A stretch of 29,384 bases of DNA from a virus (taxonomy: Duplodnaviria > Caudoviricetes), in IMG/VR virus record IMGVR_UViG_3300047457_000779, positions 1 to 29,384 of that record; one strand, written 5' to 3'. Under the pieces are notes generated by a model. It saw nothing but the letters and a program-made list of their open reading frames with translations, did no database searches and was not told where the DNA came from. Made by a program: the position numbers and the translations under genes. Below are positions 1-9,782 of the stretch, piece after piece (position 1 is the first letter of the stretch; the number at the start of each line of letters is the position of its first letter).

Positions 1-26
1 GCAGAACCCGTCTTGAGGAACCAACG

Positions 27-569
27 ATGAGCCTTCTCGGTCTGAACCCAACGATCACCGCCACGCGCACGCTGTCTGCGCCTCTCAATGTCGGTTTCGC
101 GACCAACATCACGCTTCCGACCTCCGCTAATTTGACGGTCAAGTTGGCGACCACGACGACCCCGACGAGCCTTGCCGACGTTGTCGGAAACAACTACGCA
201 GGAAGCCGGATCATCGTCGGCGCTCCGCTCAACTATGCCAAGATCCAGACGGCAAGCAGCGTCGGGAGCGGATCCCTCGTCCTGCACGTCATCGGCTGGA
301 ACAAGGGCGGCGACGACGTGTGGCGTCCGCAACTCCTGACGACCTGCACGGTCACCGCCGGGGCTGCCAACACGACGATCAACGGAACGTCGATGGCGCT
401 TGGACTCACATACGTCAAGAACTTCGGTGACTGCAAGGTCTACAACGGAAACACGGCTGCCGCGCACGGCGGCTTCATCGTTGTTGACCTCTGCGGAGCA
501 GAACTCGTCGAGATCGCCATGACCGCGACTGGCGCTCCCACCGCAAACGTCCTCATCGGCCACATCTGA
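27..569 (+). CDS. Putative virion structural protein (180 aa, beta-rich)
   Basis: GAGGA RBS before ATG; Thr/Gly/Ala-rich; TGATG-coupled to the downstream fibre gene. Confidence 0.6.
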   Translation: MSLLGLNPTITATRTLSAPLNVGFATNITLPTSANLTVKLATTTTPTSLADVVGNNYAGSRIIVGAPLNYAKIQTASSVGSGSLVLHVIGWNKGGDDVWRPQLLTTCTVTAGAANTTINGTSMALGLTYVKNFGDCKVYNGNTAAAHGGFIVVDLCGAELVEIAMTATGAPTANVLIGHI

Positions 570-2476
570 TGCACGCACGCAACCGCACATGGCCGCTCGG
601 CAGCGACCCGGCGGAGCGATGCCGCCAGCGCACGCTTCCCGTTGAAGGCGGCGACGGCTCCACGCTCTCGCTGGACTTCACCACGGGCGTCCTCGACCCG
701 CGCCTGACGTTCACGCGGTTGGGCAACGCCACCTTCATCAACAGCAGCGGGCTGGTGGAGATTGCTGGCGCGAATATGTTCCGAAACAGCGTTCTTGACG
801 GTGGCGGCGGTTTGAACACTCCTCCGACATCGTGGAACAATGCAGTCCTTGGTGCTACATACACGGTGGCAAACAACGAAGTAAAGATAGAAACGAATGC
901 AGGAGGCACGGCACGCGCATATATGTTTGCCAATTACTTTGGCAGCAGCGCATCAGGTCTGCGATACACCATCCAATTCGTCGTGACAGGCCGTACAGGT
1001 TCGGCATACCGCCTTGATGAACTGGTTGGGCTTCCGAGCAATCCTCCCGTATCTGGAACCGAGCAATGGTTCGTGAACGGTATTTCTCGCCTGAACAGTT
1101 CTACGGCATGGGGGATTGGCGACACAATCACATATTCTGCCGTCACAACTGGTGGAAGTTCGTTCTTCCCGTCTATTGGATGCGGCATCTTCAATCCGTT
1201 GGGATCACCGACATCGGTGACGATCACGCGACCGCAGATGAACCTCGGTTCTACTGCATCCGCGTACTACGCGAACAGCAGCACATCTGCTGGATATCAC
1301 GATGTCCCCCGCTTCGACTACGACCCGTCCTCCATCGGAACCCCGCGAGGGCTGCTGATCGAGGCCAGCGCGATAAATCTGCTGAACTACAGCGAGCAAT
1401 TTGAACAGACTTCCTATTGGACTAGCAACCTGTCCGGCGTGACGTGGCCCAGAGCCACTGTCGTTGCAGATTCCACGACCGCTCCCGATGGAAACAATAC
1501 CGCAGACACTTTCGAGGAAATAGCCTCGACAACTGGCACCCATCGTTGCAGATCAAACTCTGTAACCAAAACTGCTAATGCAGTAATGACCATGTCCATT
1601 TTCGTGAAGAACAAGGACAGAGGTTTCTTTGGATTGCGATTTTCCAATTCTGGAGAGACAAACGGTTGCCACCTTGGATTTGAACTCTCTGGAAATGGAA
1701 CTGTTGGAACTGGAGTAGTTTTTGGGAGTGGATACGGAACACCTACCGGGACCATCACCCCAGTTGGTACGTCCGGTTGGTACCGAGTGACAATGACAGC
1801 GTCAACGGATTCGACAACGTCTTTCCAGACGTATCTACAACTACAGGACAGCATCAACAACCAGAGTTATACGAGTGGGGCTACTGCGCTTGGCGTCTAC
1901 GTCTGGGGCGCACAACTTGAAGCAGGCTCCGGTGCCTCCTCGTACATCCCGACCGGGGCGAGTCAGGGGAACAGGGCGGCGGACAACTGCGTCACGGCCA
2001 TTGGCAATCTCACGGGGTTCAATGCCAACCAAGGAACGATCTATGAATCTTGGCGCGACAACACGGCATCTGACGCGATAAGCGTTCCGATACCCGTGCA
2101 GGAATGGGCATTTGCCTTCGGAACGTCAGGAGCGAATGGTTGCGGAGTCTTTGTCAGCAACGCAGCAAGCGGAACATTTGGATTGAGCGGCGGTATCTCG
2201 AATACCGGGGATGCTGGGCCAGCCGGAACTTATGTCATTCAGGGAGTGAACAAGGCGGCGATTGCGATAAACGTCGCCACAACGAGCCTTCGCTTGTCGG
2301 CAAATGGTTCTGCTGTTTCCGCAGGAACAAACATTGCTGGCTACAACGGAGCGCAGACATTTGCGCTGGGTCAGAGGAACAACAACACTCGGTATTTGAA
2401 CGGATGGATTAGTCAGTTCAAGTACTGGCCCTATGTCCTTCCTGACGCACAACTCACAACCCTGACCACCCTCTGA
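569..2476 (+). CDS. Phage fibre/spike protein with carbohydrate-binding-like modules (635 aa)
   Basis: Motifs LTFTR..ATFINSSGLV, PRFDYD..GLLIE..INLL, GWYR, WGAQLEAG..ASSYIPT, LNGWI..Y...L are typical of phage spike/fibre proteins with a ConA/LamG-like C-terminus. Confidence 0.75.
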   Translation: MHARNRTWPLGSDPAERCRQRTLPVEGGDGSTLSLDFTTGVLDPRLTFTRLGNATFINSSGLVEIAGANMFRNSVLDGGGGLNTPPTSWNNAVLGATYTVANNEVKIETNAGGTARAYMFANYFGSSASGLRYTIQFVVTGRTGSAYRLDELVGLPSNPPVSGTEQWFVNGISRLNSSTAWGIGDTITYSAVTTGGSSFFPSIGCGIFNPLGSPTSVTITRPQMNLGSTASAYYANSSTSAGYHDVPRFDYDPSSIGTPRGLLIEASAINLLNYSEQFEQTSYWTSNLSGVTWPRATVVADSTTAPDGNNTADTFEEIASTTGTHRCRSNSVTKTANAVMTMSIFVKNKDRGFFGLRFSNSGETNGCHLGFELSGNGTVGTGVVFGSGYGTPTGTITPVGTSGWYRVTMTASTDSTTSFQTYLQLQDSINNQSYTSGATALGVYVWGAQLEAGSGASSYIPTGASQGNRAADNCVTAIGNLTGFNANQGTIYESWRDNTASDAISVPIPVQEWAFAFGTSGANGCGVFVSNAASGTFGLSGGISNTGDAGPAGTYVIQGVNKAAIAINVATTSLRLSANGSAVSAGTNIAGYNGAQTFALGQRNNNTRYLNGWISQFKYWPYVLPDAQLTTLTTL

Positions 2477-2479
2477 ACC

Positions 2480-2785
2480 ATGCCAGACTTCATGCTCCGC
2501 ACGGACACACAGGACGAGATGGACGATGCGCTCATTGCCGCAGGGCTGGCGCAGGAGTTCACCGACGAGGACGGCGAGGTCACCGTGGTTGCCGTCAGCG
2601 GCGTTGCCATCGACCACATCGGGCCGATCCCTGCGCGTGTTGACGAGGACGGCGTGGTCATCAAGCCGGGAGACTCGCGCTGGCACACGAATGTGCGAGT
2701 GACCTTTGAACTTGACCCGGTGGTCGAGGCCGCGCTGCCGACCTTCACGCCGCTGCCGGGTGTTCCTTACAGGGTGTTCATTTGA
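2480..2785 (+). CDS. Small acidic fibre-associated phage protein (101 aa)
   Basis: Directly follows the fibre gene; IDHIG...WHTNVR pattern; GC-rich third codon positions. Confidence 0.6.
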   Translation: MPDFMLRTDTQDEMDDALIAAGLAQEFTDEDGEVTVVAVSGVAIDHIGPIPARVDEDGVVIKPGDSRWHTNVRVTFELDPVVEAALPTFTPLPGVPYRVFI

Positions 2786-2796
2786 GAGAACCAGAC

Positions 2797-3003
2797 ATGA
2801 CGATCGAAAACACGAATACGAAGGTGAGTCTGTCAACGAAGGACTGGCTGGCGATCAGCGGCATCGCAATCACCATCCTGCTTTCCGTCCTGTCGGCGTA
2901 CCTGCACCACGACAGGCTCCTCGTTCAGGTTTCCGTGCAGCAGGACATGACCAACCAGCGCCTCGACAAGATCGAGGCCAAGATCGAAAGGACCAGCAAG
3001 TGA
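2797..3003 (+). CDS. Single-TM plus coiled-coil membrane protein (lysis-cassette-like)
   Basis: Hydrophobic WLAISGIAITILLSVLSAYL, then heptads RLDKIEAKIE; GTGA overlap with the next gene. Confidence 0.65.
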   Translation: MTIENTNTKVSLSTKDWLAISGIAITILLSVLSAYLHHDRLLVQVSVQQDMTNQRLDKIEAKIERTSK

Positions 3004-3194
3004 GCGACATCATCAAGAACTCGTCTTGGAAGACCACCGGGGCAGGCATCGCGGCGATCCTCGTCGCGGTCGGCTCCGTCCTCACCGCCCTGACCGACAA
3101 CGACCCGCTGACGGTTCCAGACTGGGGTTCGCTGTCCGCGGCGGTCATCGCAGGGGTCGGCCTGATCTTCGCCAAGGACAACAAGAAGGCTTGA
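3000..3194 (+). CDS. Putative holin (2 TM, 64 aa)
   Basis: GTG start overlapping the upstream stop; SWKTT.AGIAAILVAVG and AAVIAGVGLIFAKD hydrophobic segments; basic C-terminus. Confidence 0.65.
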   Translation: MSDIIKNSSWKTTGAGIAAILVAVGSVLTALTDNDPLTVPDWGSLSAAVIAGVGLIFAKDNKKA

Positions 3195-3195
3195 C

Positions 3196-3420
3196 GTGTA
3201 TGACTTCTTCCGTGCGCTGTTCATGTCGGTGCTGCACTGGGCGACGGGAATGGTTTCCCGACGAGGTGAGGGGGTTGACGCTCCTGTTCATCCTCATGTG
3301 CTTCGTCGTGCTGGCTCTCGCGTGCGCGACTGGCTGCACGCGCACGGTGCTGGTGAGCGAGGCAAGCCCGATCAGGACGGGTCCACGGGTCCACGGCAAG
3401 GTGTACACGAAGACGGCTGA
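3196..3420 (+). CDS. Hypothetical protein with hydrophobic N-terminus, possible i-spanin-like
   Basis: Starts just after the holin stop and overlaps the downstream lipoprotein ORF in another frame, as spanin pairs do. Confidence 0.4.
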   Translation: MYDFFRALFMSVLHWATGMVSRRGEGVDAPVHPHVLRRAGSRVRDWLHAHGAGERGKPDQDGSTGPRQGVHEDG

Positions 3421-3505
3421 CGGCTGGCAGTTGGGCGACAACGAGGTGACGATCCCGGAGGGCTGGTACTGCGTGCCGCCCTCCTACGTCGAGGAGGAGC
3501 GGTAA
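3266..3505 (+). CDS. Putative lipoprotein, possible o-spanin-like (start uncertain: GTG 3266 or TTG 3275)
   Basis: Hydrophobic signal LTLLFILMCFVVLALA, lipobox-like ATG-C; TAATG-coupled to the tail fibre gene. Confidence 0.6.
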   Translation: MRGLTLLFILMCFVVLALACATGCTRTVLVSEASPIRTGPRVHGKVYTKTADGWQLGDNEVTIPEGWYCVPPSYVEEER

Positions 3506-4662
3506 TGGCTATCAAGTTGCAGGTCAGGCGCGGCACGGCATCGGACTGGAACGCCGTGTCCGGCACGGTCACGCTGCTGTCCGGCGAGATCGGGTACGAG
3601 ACGGACACCGGAAACTTCAAGATCGGGGACAACTCCACCCTTTGGGGCAGCCTTCCTTACGTCCTGTCCACCTATCCGCAGACGACCGTGTCCGGGACGG
3701 ACATCAACGCATCCGGATACCTTGCGCAGGGCCGTTACCTCGTAACGACGTCGGTGACCAGCAACGTCCCATCCGGGTGGACTCCGGCGACGGACGGTCC
3801 CGGCGTCCTGACCACGACCAAGTTGGCTGATGGCAAGGTCATGCAGATGCTCGTCTCTACGACGACGCAGAAGGCGTTCCTTCGCGGCTACGCGCCGACC
3901 ACCTACACGACGTGGGTGGCGATCTCGCAGCACGCCGGATCCATCACCGCGACGGAACTGGCATCAAGCGCGGTCGAGACGGTGAAGATCAACGACAACG
4001 CCGTGACGTTCGCGAAGATTCAGGACATCACCGGACTGTCCGTGGTCGGCAAGGGCAGCAGCGGACCCGGTGATCCAACCGTCATCACAGCGACGGCATC
4101 CGGTCAGGTGCTTCGCCATGACGGAACGAACATCTCGTTCGGCACGCTTGCTTCCACGGCATTCGACGGGAACACCGACATTCCGCTGACGTCCCTTGCA
4201 AATCAGTCAGCGAACACGCTGGTCGGCAACGTCACTGGAAGTTCCGCGCCCCCGACAGCAGTCAGCCAAGCATCGGCGCGGACGTTTCTTGGGCTGAACG
4301 GACTTGCGTATCTAAACCAAAGCGATTTGGTGACGATCAACACAACTGCGTTCAACGCATCTCCCGGAACAACCACTGTTACGTTTGACCTGACGACGAT
4401 TGACGTTGGTTCGATTGCCTATCTGGAGGGATTTATAACTCTTGATACAAGCGCGACTAGTTGCACTGTTCGCATAGACGGTGATGCTGGTGAGCGGTAT
4501 GTCGTCCTGAGCATCTTGAAATTGAGTGGAACCGCTACAGTTACGGCTTTGCAATCGAACGGCTACATCGGTGTCGGAAATGCAAATACAAACATGTTCA
4601 GTGTTGGCGGAGTAAGCAGTGGAACAGCGCAAGTCGGTCTAGTTCTCATTAGGTTCTCCTGA
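3505..4662 (+). CDS. Tail fibre / receptor-binding protein with Mtd-N (hyaluronidase-N-like) domain (385 aa)
   Basis: N-terminus IKLQVRRGT..W....LLSGEIGYETDTG.FKIGD...W..LPY; knob-like middle; fibre repeats; GGAGGAG RBS. Confidence 0.8.
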   Translation: MAIKLQVRRGTASDWNAVSGTVTLLSGEIGYETDTGNFKIGDNSTLWGSLPYVLSTYPQTTVSGTDINASGYLAQGRYLVTTSVTSNVPSGWTPATDGPGVLTTTKLADGKVMQMLVSTTTQKAFLRGYAPTTYTTWVAISQHAGSITATELASSAVETVKINDNAVTFAKIQDITGLSVVGKGSSGPGDPTVITATASGQVLRHDGTNISFGTLASTAFDGNTDIPLTSLANQSANTLVGNVTGSSAPPTAVSQASARTFLGLNGLAYLNQSDLVTINTTAFNASPGTTTVTFDLTTIDVGSIAYLEGFITLDTSATSCTVRIDGDAGERYVVLSILKLSGTATVTALQSNGYIGVGNANTNMFSVGGVSSGTAQVGLVLIRFS

Positions 4663-6857
4663 TGCCATACGCCCCGGTCACGCTTCCATATCGCGGCGTC
4701 AGCGTGGACAGTTCCTACGCTGCGCTTCCGGCAGGATTTGCCGCGCAGGCGATGAACGTCGTCCCATACGACGCCTACAAGGGCAAGTTGCGGCTCGGGC
4801 AACGAAGGCCGTTGCTCGGCGCGTACGAGTTCAACGACACCTCTCCTGCCGTCATCCGCGAGGTGCAGGTCATCCTTCGTGCCGATGCGTACGTCGGAGG
4901 CGTGCTGTTGCAGCGGTGCTTTGTCATCGCTGGCGGTGAAGTCTGGAAGATCGACCCCGGAGACACGACTCCGACCAAGTTGACGCAGTCGCTGACGCGA
5001 AAGATCAAGTCCACTGGGTACGTCGGAACGGCCGTGTTCGGACAGTACCTCTACATCACCGATGGGCTGTGCTACCGAAAGGTTGACATCACGGCCAGCA
5101 CGCCGTCCGTGGTTGCTTGGTCCGGACCAGAAGGCCACATCCGCGCCGTTGGCGCGACGACGAACGGAAACAACGAGACTGGAAACCGCGCCACGCTTCT
5201 GTGCAAGTTCGGCGGACGACTTGTCCTTGCCGGAATACCGGAAAGCGCAAACGTGTGGTTCATGTCGAAGATCAACGATCCGGAGAACTGGAGTGCGACG
5301 GCATCCGGTGCTGGAGGAAACGCCCATAATGCCATTGCAGGGTCGGCATCTGAGGATTTCGGAGTTCCCGGAGAGCCGATCGTCGCCCTCGTTCCGGTCG
5401 GTGAGAGCGGCCTGCTGTTCGCGGGACGCCACAAGATGACGTACCTCACCGCGGACCCAGTCGTTTCCGGGGCGCGGATCATTGAACTGTCGCGCTCCGT
5501 TGGAATCGTGAGCGAACGCGCTTGGTGCGCAAGCGACGAGCAGACCATCTACATGATGGCGCAGGATGGGCTGTACCGTGTGCGTCCAAACGAGTTTCAG
5601 GTCACCAAGAGCGGTCGCATCACCAGCGGTCGGCTTGACACGTTCTTCCAGCAGCAGAAGTTCGATGCACTGAACTGCGTTCTCGGATACGACGCGGAGG
5701 CGCAGAACGTCTATTGCGTCATGTCGCGCACGGATCTGCCCGGTTCAAGCGTCCACCTCCTGTACAGTCAGGCAACCGACGCATTCTGGCCTTGGCAGAC
5801 GGGATGGCCCGCGTTTCAGGCCCCGACATGCTGCGGAGACTTTCCGTTCGGTGACTCCCGCGCCCCCATCCTCGCGTTCGGAAGCGAAGACGGGTACATC
5901 GGTTGGTTCGACCGCGACCTGACGTCCGGCGTGGACGGGCAGGCGGCTGTCGGATACAAGAGCGTGAGCGACTTCGACGTCAACAACGACGAGGCAGCCG
6001 CCCAGAGGGTGACGAGCAGCATCACGTTCGGCCCCGTCCTCCAGCCTGCCCTCGGGCAGGTGATGATGAAGGACGTCCGCGTCGAACTGACGATGGACGA
6101 ACCAGTCGAGGACACGGCGTTCAGCGCACCCATCGACCGACTGACAGGACCGTTCCTGTCCATCCTGTCCGGGCAGACGGCGGAGGAGGCGATCGGAGAG
6201 AACATCATCGCCGTGTCCGTGACCATCGACCCGGACTTCCCTGCGGTGGTCGTGGACGGCGGAACTGCTGCGGATTTCACGCCGGGTGCTGGATCGCCAT
6301 ATGACGGAGGAACGGCGAATCAGGCGTGGAGCACGTCCACGGATCAGGCGCTTGACCTGCTGTTCCCTCCGGAGATCGCCGGGAACTACGAGACTTCGGA
6401 CACGCTCATCAGCGATCCGACCGCACGGACGTACACCAAGGATACCTACCGGATCTACAACATCGGAGGCGCTCCACCGACGACGGACTGGTACATCCAG
6501 CATGTGACCGGATCGCCGCAGGATGCGTTCCAGCGGGATGCAACACTTCCGGGAACGTCAGCAGACACACCCGGCGGGACATACCTGTACATGTCTGAGC
6601 AGCGCATCCTCAACTACCTGCTTCCGACCGGGATCACGCCGCCGCGGTACAAGGTCAGCAGCGCGACCTACGACAACACGAACAGCAACCTGCTCGGGAC
6701 GCTGCTTCCCGGCAGGAACGACGCCTTCCGGTGCCGCATCCGGGATCAGGCGGCGTATGTGAGAATCGAGAGCCTCGGTGTACCGTGGGCAATCGAGCGC
6801 ATGGCCGTTCTTATCGAGCCTTACGGCCACACCAAGAACGTGAAGGGAACCTACTGA
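4662..6857 (+). CDS. Tail nozzle / head-closure-like protein (P22 gp10 / T7 gp12-like position), 731 aa
   Basis: Size, beta-propeller-like repeats (YLYITDG, GRLVLAG, VWFMS...DPENW, IYMMAQDGLY) and position before the ejection genes. Confidence 0.65.
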   Translation: MPYAPVTLPYRGVSVDSSYAALPAGFAAQAMNVVPYDAYKGKLRLGQRRPLLGAYEFNDTSPAVIREVQVILRADAYVGGVLLQRCFVIAGGEVWKIDPGDTTPTKLTQSLTRKIKSTGYVGTAVFGQYLYITDGLCYRKVDITASTPSVVAWSGPEGHIRAVGATTNGNNETGNRATLLCKFGGRLVLAGIPESANVWFMSKINDPENWSATASGAGGNAHNAIAGSASEDFGVPGEPIVALVPVGESGLLFAGRHKMTYLTADPVVSGARIIELSRSVGIVSERAWCASDEQTIYMMAQDGLYRVRPNEFQVTKSGRITSGRLDTFFQQQKFDALNCVLGYDAEAQNVYCVMSRTDLPGSSVHLLYSQATDAFWPWQTGWPAFQAPTCCGDFPFGDSRAPILAFGSEDGYIGWFDRDLTSGVDGQAAVGYKSVSDFDVNNDEAAAQRVTSSITFGPVLQPALGQVMMKDVRVELTMDEPVEDTAFSAPIDRLTGPFLSILSGQTAEEAIGENIIAVSVTIDPDFPAVVVDGGTAADFTPGAGSPYDGGTANQAWSTSTDQALDLLFPPEIAGNYETSDTLISDPTARTYTKDTYRIYNIGGAPPTTDWYIQHVTGSPQDAFQRDATLPGTSADTPGGTYLYMSEQRILNYLLPTGITPPRYKVSSATYDNTNSNLLGTLLPGRNDAFRCRIRDQAAYVRIESLGVPWAIERMAVLIEPYGHTKNVKGTY

Positions 6858-7690
6858 TGGGCCTTTTCAGCAACCTATTCGGCGGCGAGAAGAACTACAA
6901 GGCCGCCATCGACACGATGGAGAAGGAGTACGGCAAGGCCCGTACATACTCCGATGCCGAATACGGCAAGATCGTCGATGTGTTCCTGAAGGAACGCGCC
7001 AAGAACGCTGAGGTGTACTCGCAGGCGTACAACGCATCGGTGAAGCAGTACTCCGACGTGATGGCCCAGAGCCGCAAGGCGTTCGCCGCGGAGGGCGCGA
7101 AGGCGTACAAGACGCTTGAGGTCGGTCGAGATGCCACGCTTGCGCTCCTGAAGCAGCAGACCGACCTTGCGGTGGCACGGCAGCAGTTGAGCGGGATGCT
7201 CACCGGGCTGTCGAACACCACGTTCGGTCAGGCTGCGGTCAACGCCGTGGCCGCGCAGGGTGCGTTGCAGGCTGGCGCTGTGCAGGAGCAGTACGCGCAG
7301 ACGCTTGCCTCCGCACGGATGGCGCAGGCCGGGGCGATGGCCGGGATGGAGCAGCAGGCGGCGCAGAGCCTCCTCGGCGCAGGACTCGGTAGCGCCCAGT
7401 ACCAGAGCGGGCTTTACCAGCAGTACACGACCGGGGCGCAGGCATCGCGTGGTCAGGCGATTCAGCAGAACATCGGGCTGCGTCAGTCATCCATCGAGAA
7501 CAGGTACAACGCAGAACTCAACAAGGCCATGATGGACATGCAGGCAGGGAACGCGCTCGGCGGTGCGCTGCTTGGTGCCGGACTCGGCGTTGCCACCGGT
7601 GGATTGAGCATGTTGGGCGGTCCTGCCGCAGGAATGCTCGGTGGCGGCGGTGGCGGTGGAGCAGGTCCGCTGTCTGCCATCAAGTTCTAG
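6857..7690 (+). CDS. Putative internal virion / DNA pilot (ejection) protein (277 aa)
   Basis: MGLFSNLFGG start, Ala/Gln-rich helix, Gly-rich hydrophobic C-terminus; TGATG coupling. Confidence 0.65.
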   Translation: MGLFSNLFGGEKNYKAAIDTMEKEYGKARTYSDAEYGKIVDVFLKERAKNAEVYSQAYNASVKQYSDVMAQSRKAFAAEGAKAYKTLEVGRDATLALLKQQTDLAVARQQLSGMLTGLSNTTFGQAAVNAVAAQGALQAGAVQEQYAQTLASARMAQAGAMAGMEQQAAQSLLGAGLGSAQYQSGLYQQYTTGAQASRGQAIQQNIGLRQSSIENRYNAELNKAMMDMQAGNALGGALLGAGLGVATGGLSMLGGPAAGMLGGGGGGGAGPLSAIKF

Positions 7691-7710
7691 TACGCGAAAG
7701 GACGAATGAC

Positions 7711-8214
7711 ATGTCGATGTTTCCGACCTCAATGAACGTCAGCGCGGCGATGCAGACCACTGCGCGTGCGCAGCCACCCGCTGCATCGCCAAGCGGGTGG
7801 GACTCGTTTCTTTCCGGAGTCGGTCGTGCGGCAAGCAATTTCGCACTTGGCGTGTCGAGCGGACTGACCAACTATGACCCGCGCAACCCGTTCAGTTCGA
7901 TGGGTGCCGGAATGTCCGGTGCGATGAGCGGAATCTATGCAGGCATGAAGCGAGAGGAGGCGTCAAAGAACGCCATCGCAATCGCCAACACTGAGGAGCA
8001 GATTGCCCGCAGTCAGGCGGAGCGTGCTAGCGTGATGATGCCCGCCGAAGGGCCGATGCAGGGCATCTCCGCGGGGGTCATGCCCGCCGCGCCCGCGAAG
8101 CCCGCCCGTGAGCCGTTCGACTTCCAGACGGGGATCTACCCGTCCCTTGTCCAGCAGGAGCCGTCCACGGCCTCCTCCAAGGTCCGCAACCTCATGCTTG
8201 GAATCAGCCGATGA
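7711..8214 (+). CDS. Putative internal virion protein (167 aa)
   Basis: Gly/Ala/Ser/Met-rich; ATGA overlap with the next gene. Confidence 0.6.
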   Translation: MSMFPTSMNVSAAMQTTARAQPPAASPSGWDSFLSGVGRAASNFALGVSSGLTNYDPRNPFSSMGAGMSGAMSGIYAGMKREEASKNAIAIANTEEQIARSQAERASVMMPAEGPMQGISAGVMPAAPAKPAREPFDFQTGIYPSLVQQEPSTASSKVRNLMLGISR

Positions 8215-9749
8215 GCCGTCTTGGGTACATCCCTGAACCTATCGACCCGGAGTCGCTCAACGTGTCGGCATTCCCTGCGCAGGCGGCTCCTCCCACCGCG
8301 CCGGAGGGCTTCGCCAACCAGCCGCCGATGCGCCTGAACGACGGGTTCATGCGTCAGGAGCAGCCATCGCAGCCCGACGTGCTGTTCGACGACGAGGCGA
8401 TGAAGAAGGCGGCAATGGATCCCCGCGGTTCGCGGGAGATCGCCCCCTACGGGACCTATCAGGCGGTCGATCAGGCGCTCACCAACGGCTACTACACGGG
8501 CCTTGAGGCGCTCGACTTCGGCACGCTCCCGGACGGCACGCCTGCCGCCCTGTTCACCGACCAGAAGGGCCAGCGTCAGGCGATCCGGATGACCACGGAG
8601 CAGTGGTTCGCCGCATTGCAGCAGCGTGCGGAAGGCCGCATCGCGATGGCCCAGTCGATCCGGAGGCAGCAGGAGGCCAAGAGGCTGTCCGCGCCCGTGG
8701 AGGCGATGGCCCGCGAACTGGAGGAGTACGCCCCCGGCTTCAGCGAGTACGCCGCGCTCGGGCTTGAGCGCGATCCCAACGGGACCTACGTCGCCGTCCA
8801 GAAGTACTACGACCGCGTGAAGGCCAACGACCGCGAGGCCATCGTGGAGATGCGCCAGCAGGCCGACAAGACGCAACTCATGGTGGCGCAGGGACTTGCG
8901 GACAACTGGGCGACCTCGACAGGGGAGAACTATGCGCTCATGCAGCGCGGGTTCGTGGAGGACGAGTCGATCCCCGAGGAGATCCGTGCGCAGCGCGTGC
9001 AGGAGATCAAGCGGTGGCAGATGAACGCCAACCGCTTTGCCCTGCTTGCGCCGCCTGCCGCTGGTATCCGCCGGATGGCGAGTTTCCCGTCGTACTACTA
9101 CAGCCAGTCCAACCCCGGCGCACTGGATGACCTTGCCGACATGGCGATCCAGACCGTTGGCTACGACAACGTGATGGGCATGAGCCAGAACCAGCGCATT
9201 CCCATGCTTGTCCAGCAGGCACAGCGGCTCACCCGCGACATCGGGTGGTCGATGCCGTTCAGTCAGGCGGACATCGACATCGTGTCCCAGACGATTGCCG
9301 ACCGCCTCGTTCGAGCGCCTCGCACCCAGATCCAGCCGGACATGGGCCAGATGAACCAGTTCGAGCGGGCAGGGGTCCGCGGCGGGGTGGCCGAGATGCG
9401 CAGCGGTCAGGCCGAGCAGCAGTACCAGCGGCAGATGGCGCAGGCCAAGTTGCAGGGCGAGCGGGCGCGTGCCGCCCGCACCGGGGCCGAGGCCGAGTTC
9501 AAGCAGGCCGAGACGCGGGCCATGACCGCGCCTCCCGAGGGTGCGGCTCCCGCTGCGCCTGCTCAGGAGCAGGGCATCTCCGTCGATCAGGACACTGCGA
9601 TTCGTGCTGCGGCACAGCGTCTCGGCATTCGCCTTGGCAACACCGGAAGCCTCGTGAACGACATCCGGTCGTCGCGGATGACCCCTGACCAGAGGCGGGC
9701 GTTCCAGCAGTACATCAGCGATCTCCAGTCCGGCGTTGCCGATCGGTAA
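8211..9749 (+). CDS. Putative internal virion (ejection) protein (512 aa)
   Basis: Long helical Ala/Gln-rich ORF with GC-rich third positions, between the pilot-like and giant genes. Confidence 0.65.
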   Translation: MSRLGYIPEPIDPESLNVSAFPAQAAPPTAPEGFANQPPMRLNDGFMRQEQPSQPDVLFDDEAMKKAAMDPRGSREIAPYGTYQAVDQALTNGYYTGLEALDFGTLPDGTPAALFTDQKGQRQAIRMTTEQWFAALQQRAEGRIAMAQSIRRQQEAKRLSAPVEAMARELEEYAPGFSEYAALGLERDPNGTYVAVQKYYDRVKANDREAIVEMRQQADKTQLMVAQGLADNWATSTGENYALMQRGFVEDESIPEEIRAQRVQEIKRWQMNANRFALLAPPAAGIRRMASFPSYYYSQSNPGALDDLADMAIQTVGYDNVMGMSQNQRIPMLVQQAQRLTRDIGWSMPFSQADIDIVSQTIADRLVRAPRTQIQPDMGQMNQFERAGVRGGVAEMRSGQAEQQYQRQMAQAKLQGERARAARTGAEAEFKQAETRAMTAPPEGAAPAAPAQEQGISVDQDTAIRAAAQRLGIRLGNTGSLVNDIRSSRMTPDQRRAFQQYISDLQSGVADR

Positions 9750-9782
9750 GTGCCTGCAAGACAAGGACTTGCGACAATCAAC

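Noticed and set aside
3505-4662. Diversity-generating retroelement suggested by the Mtd-like N-terminus
   Set aside because: No reverse transcriptase and no TR/VR pair differing at adenines seen in this window.
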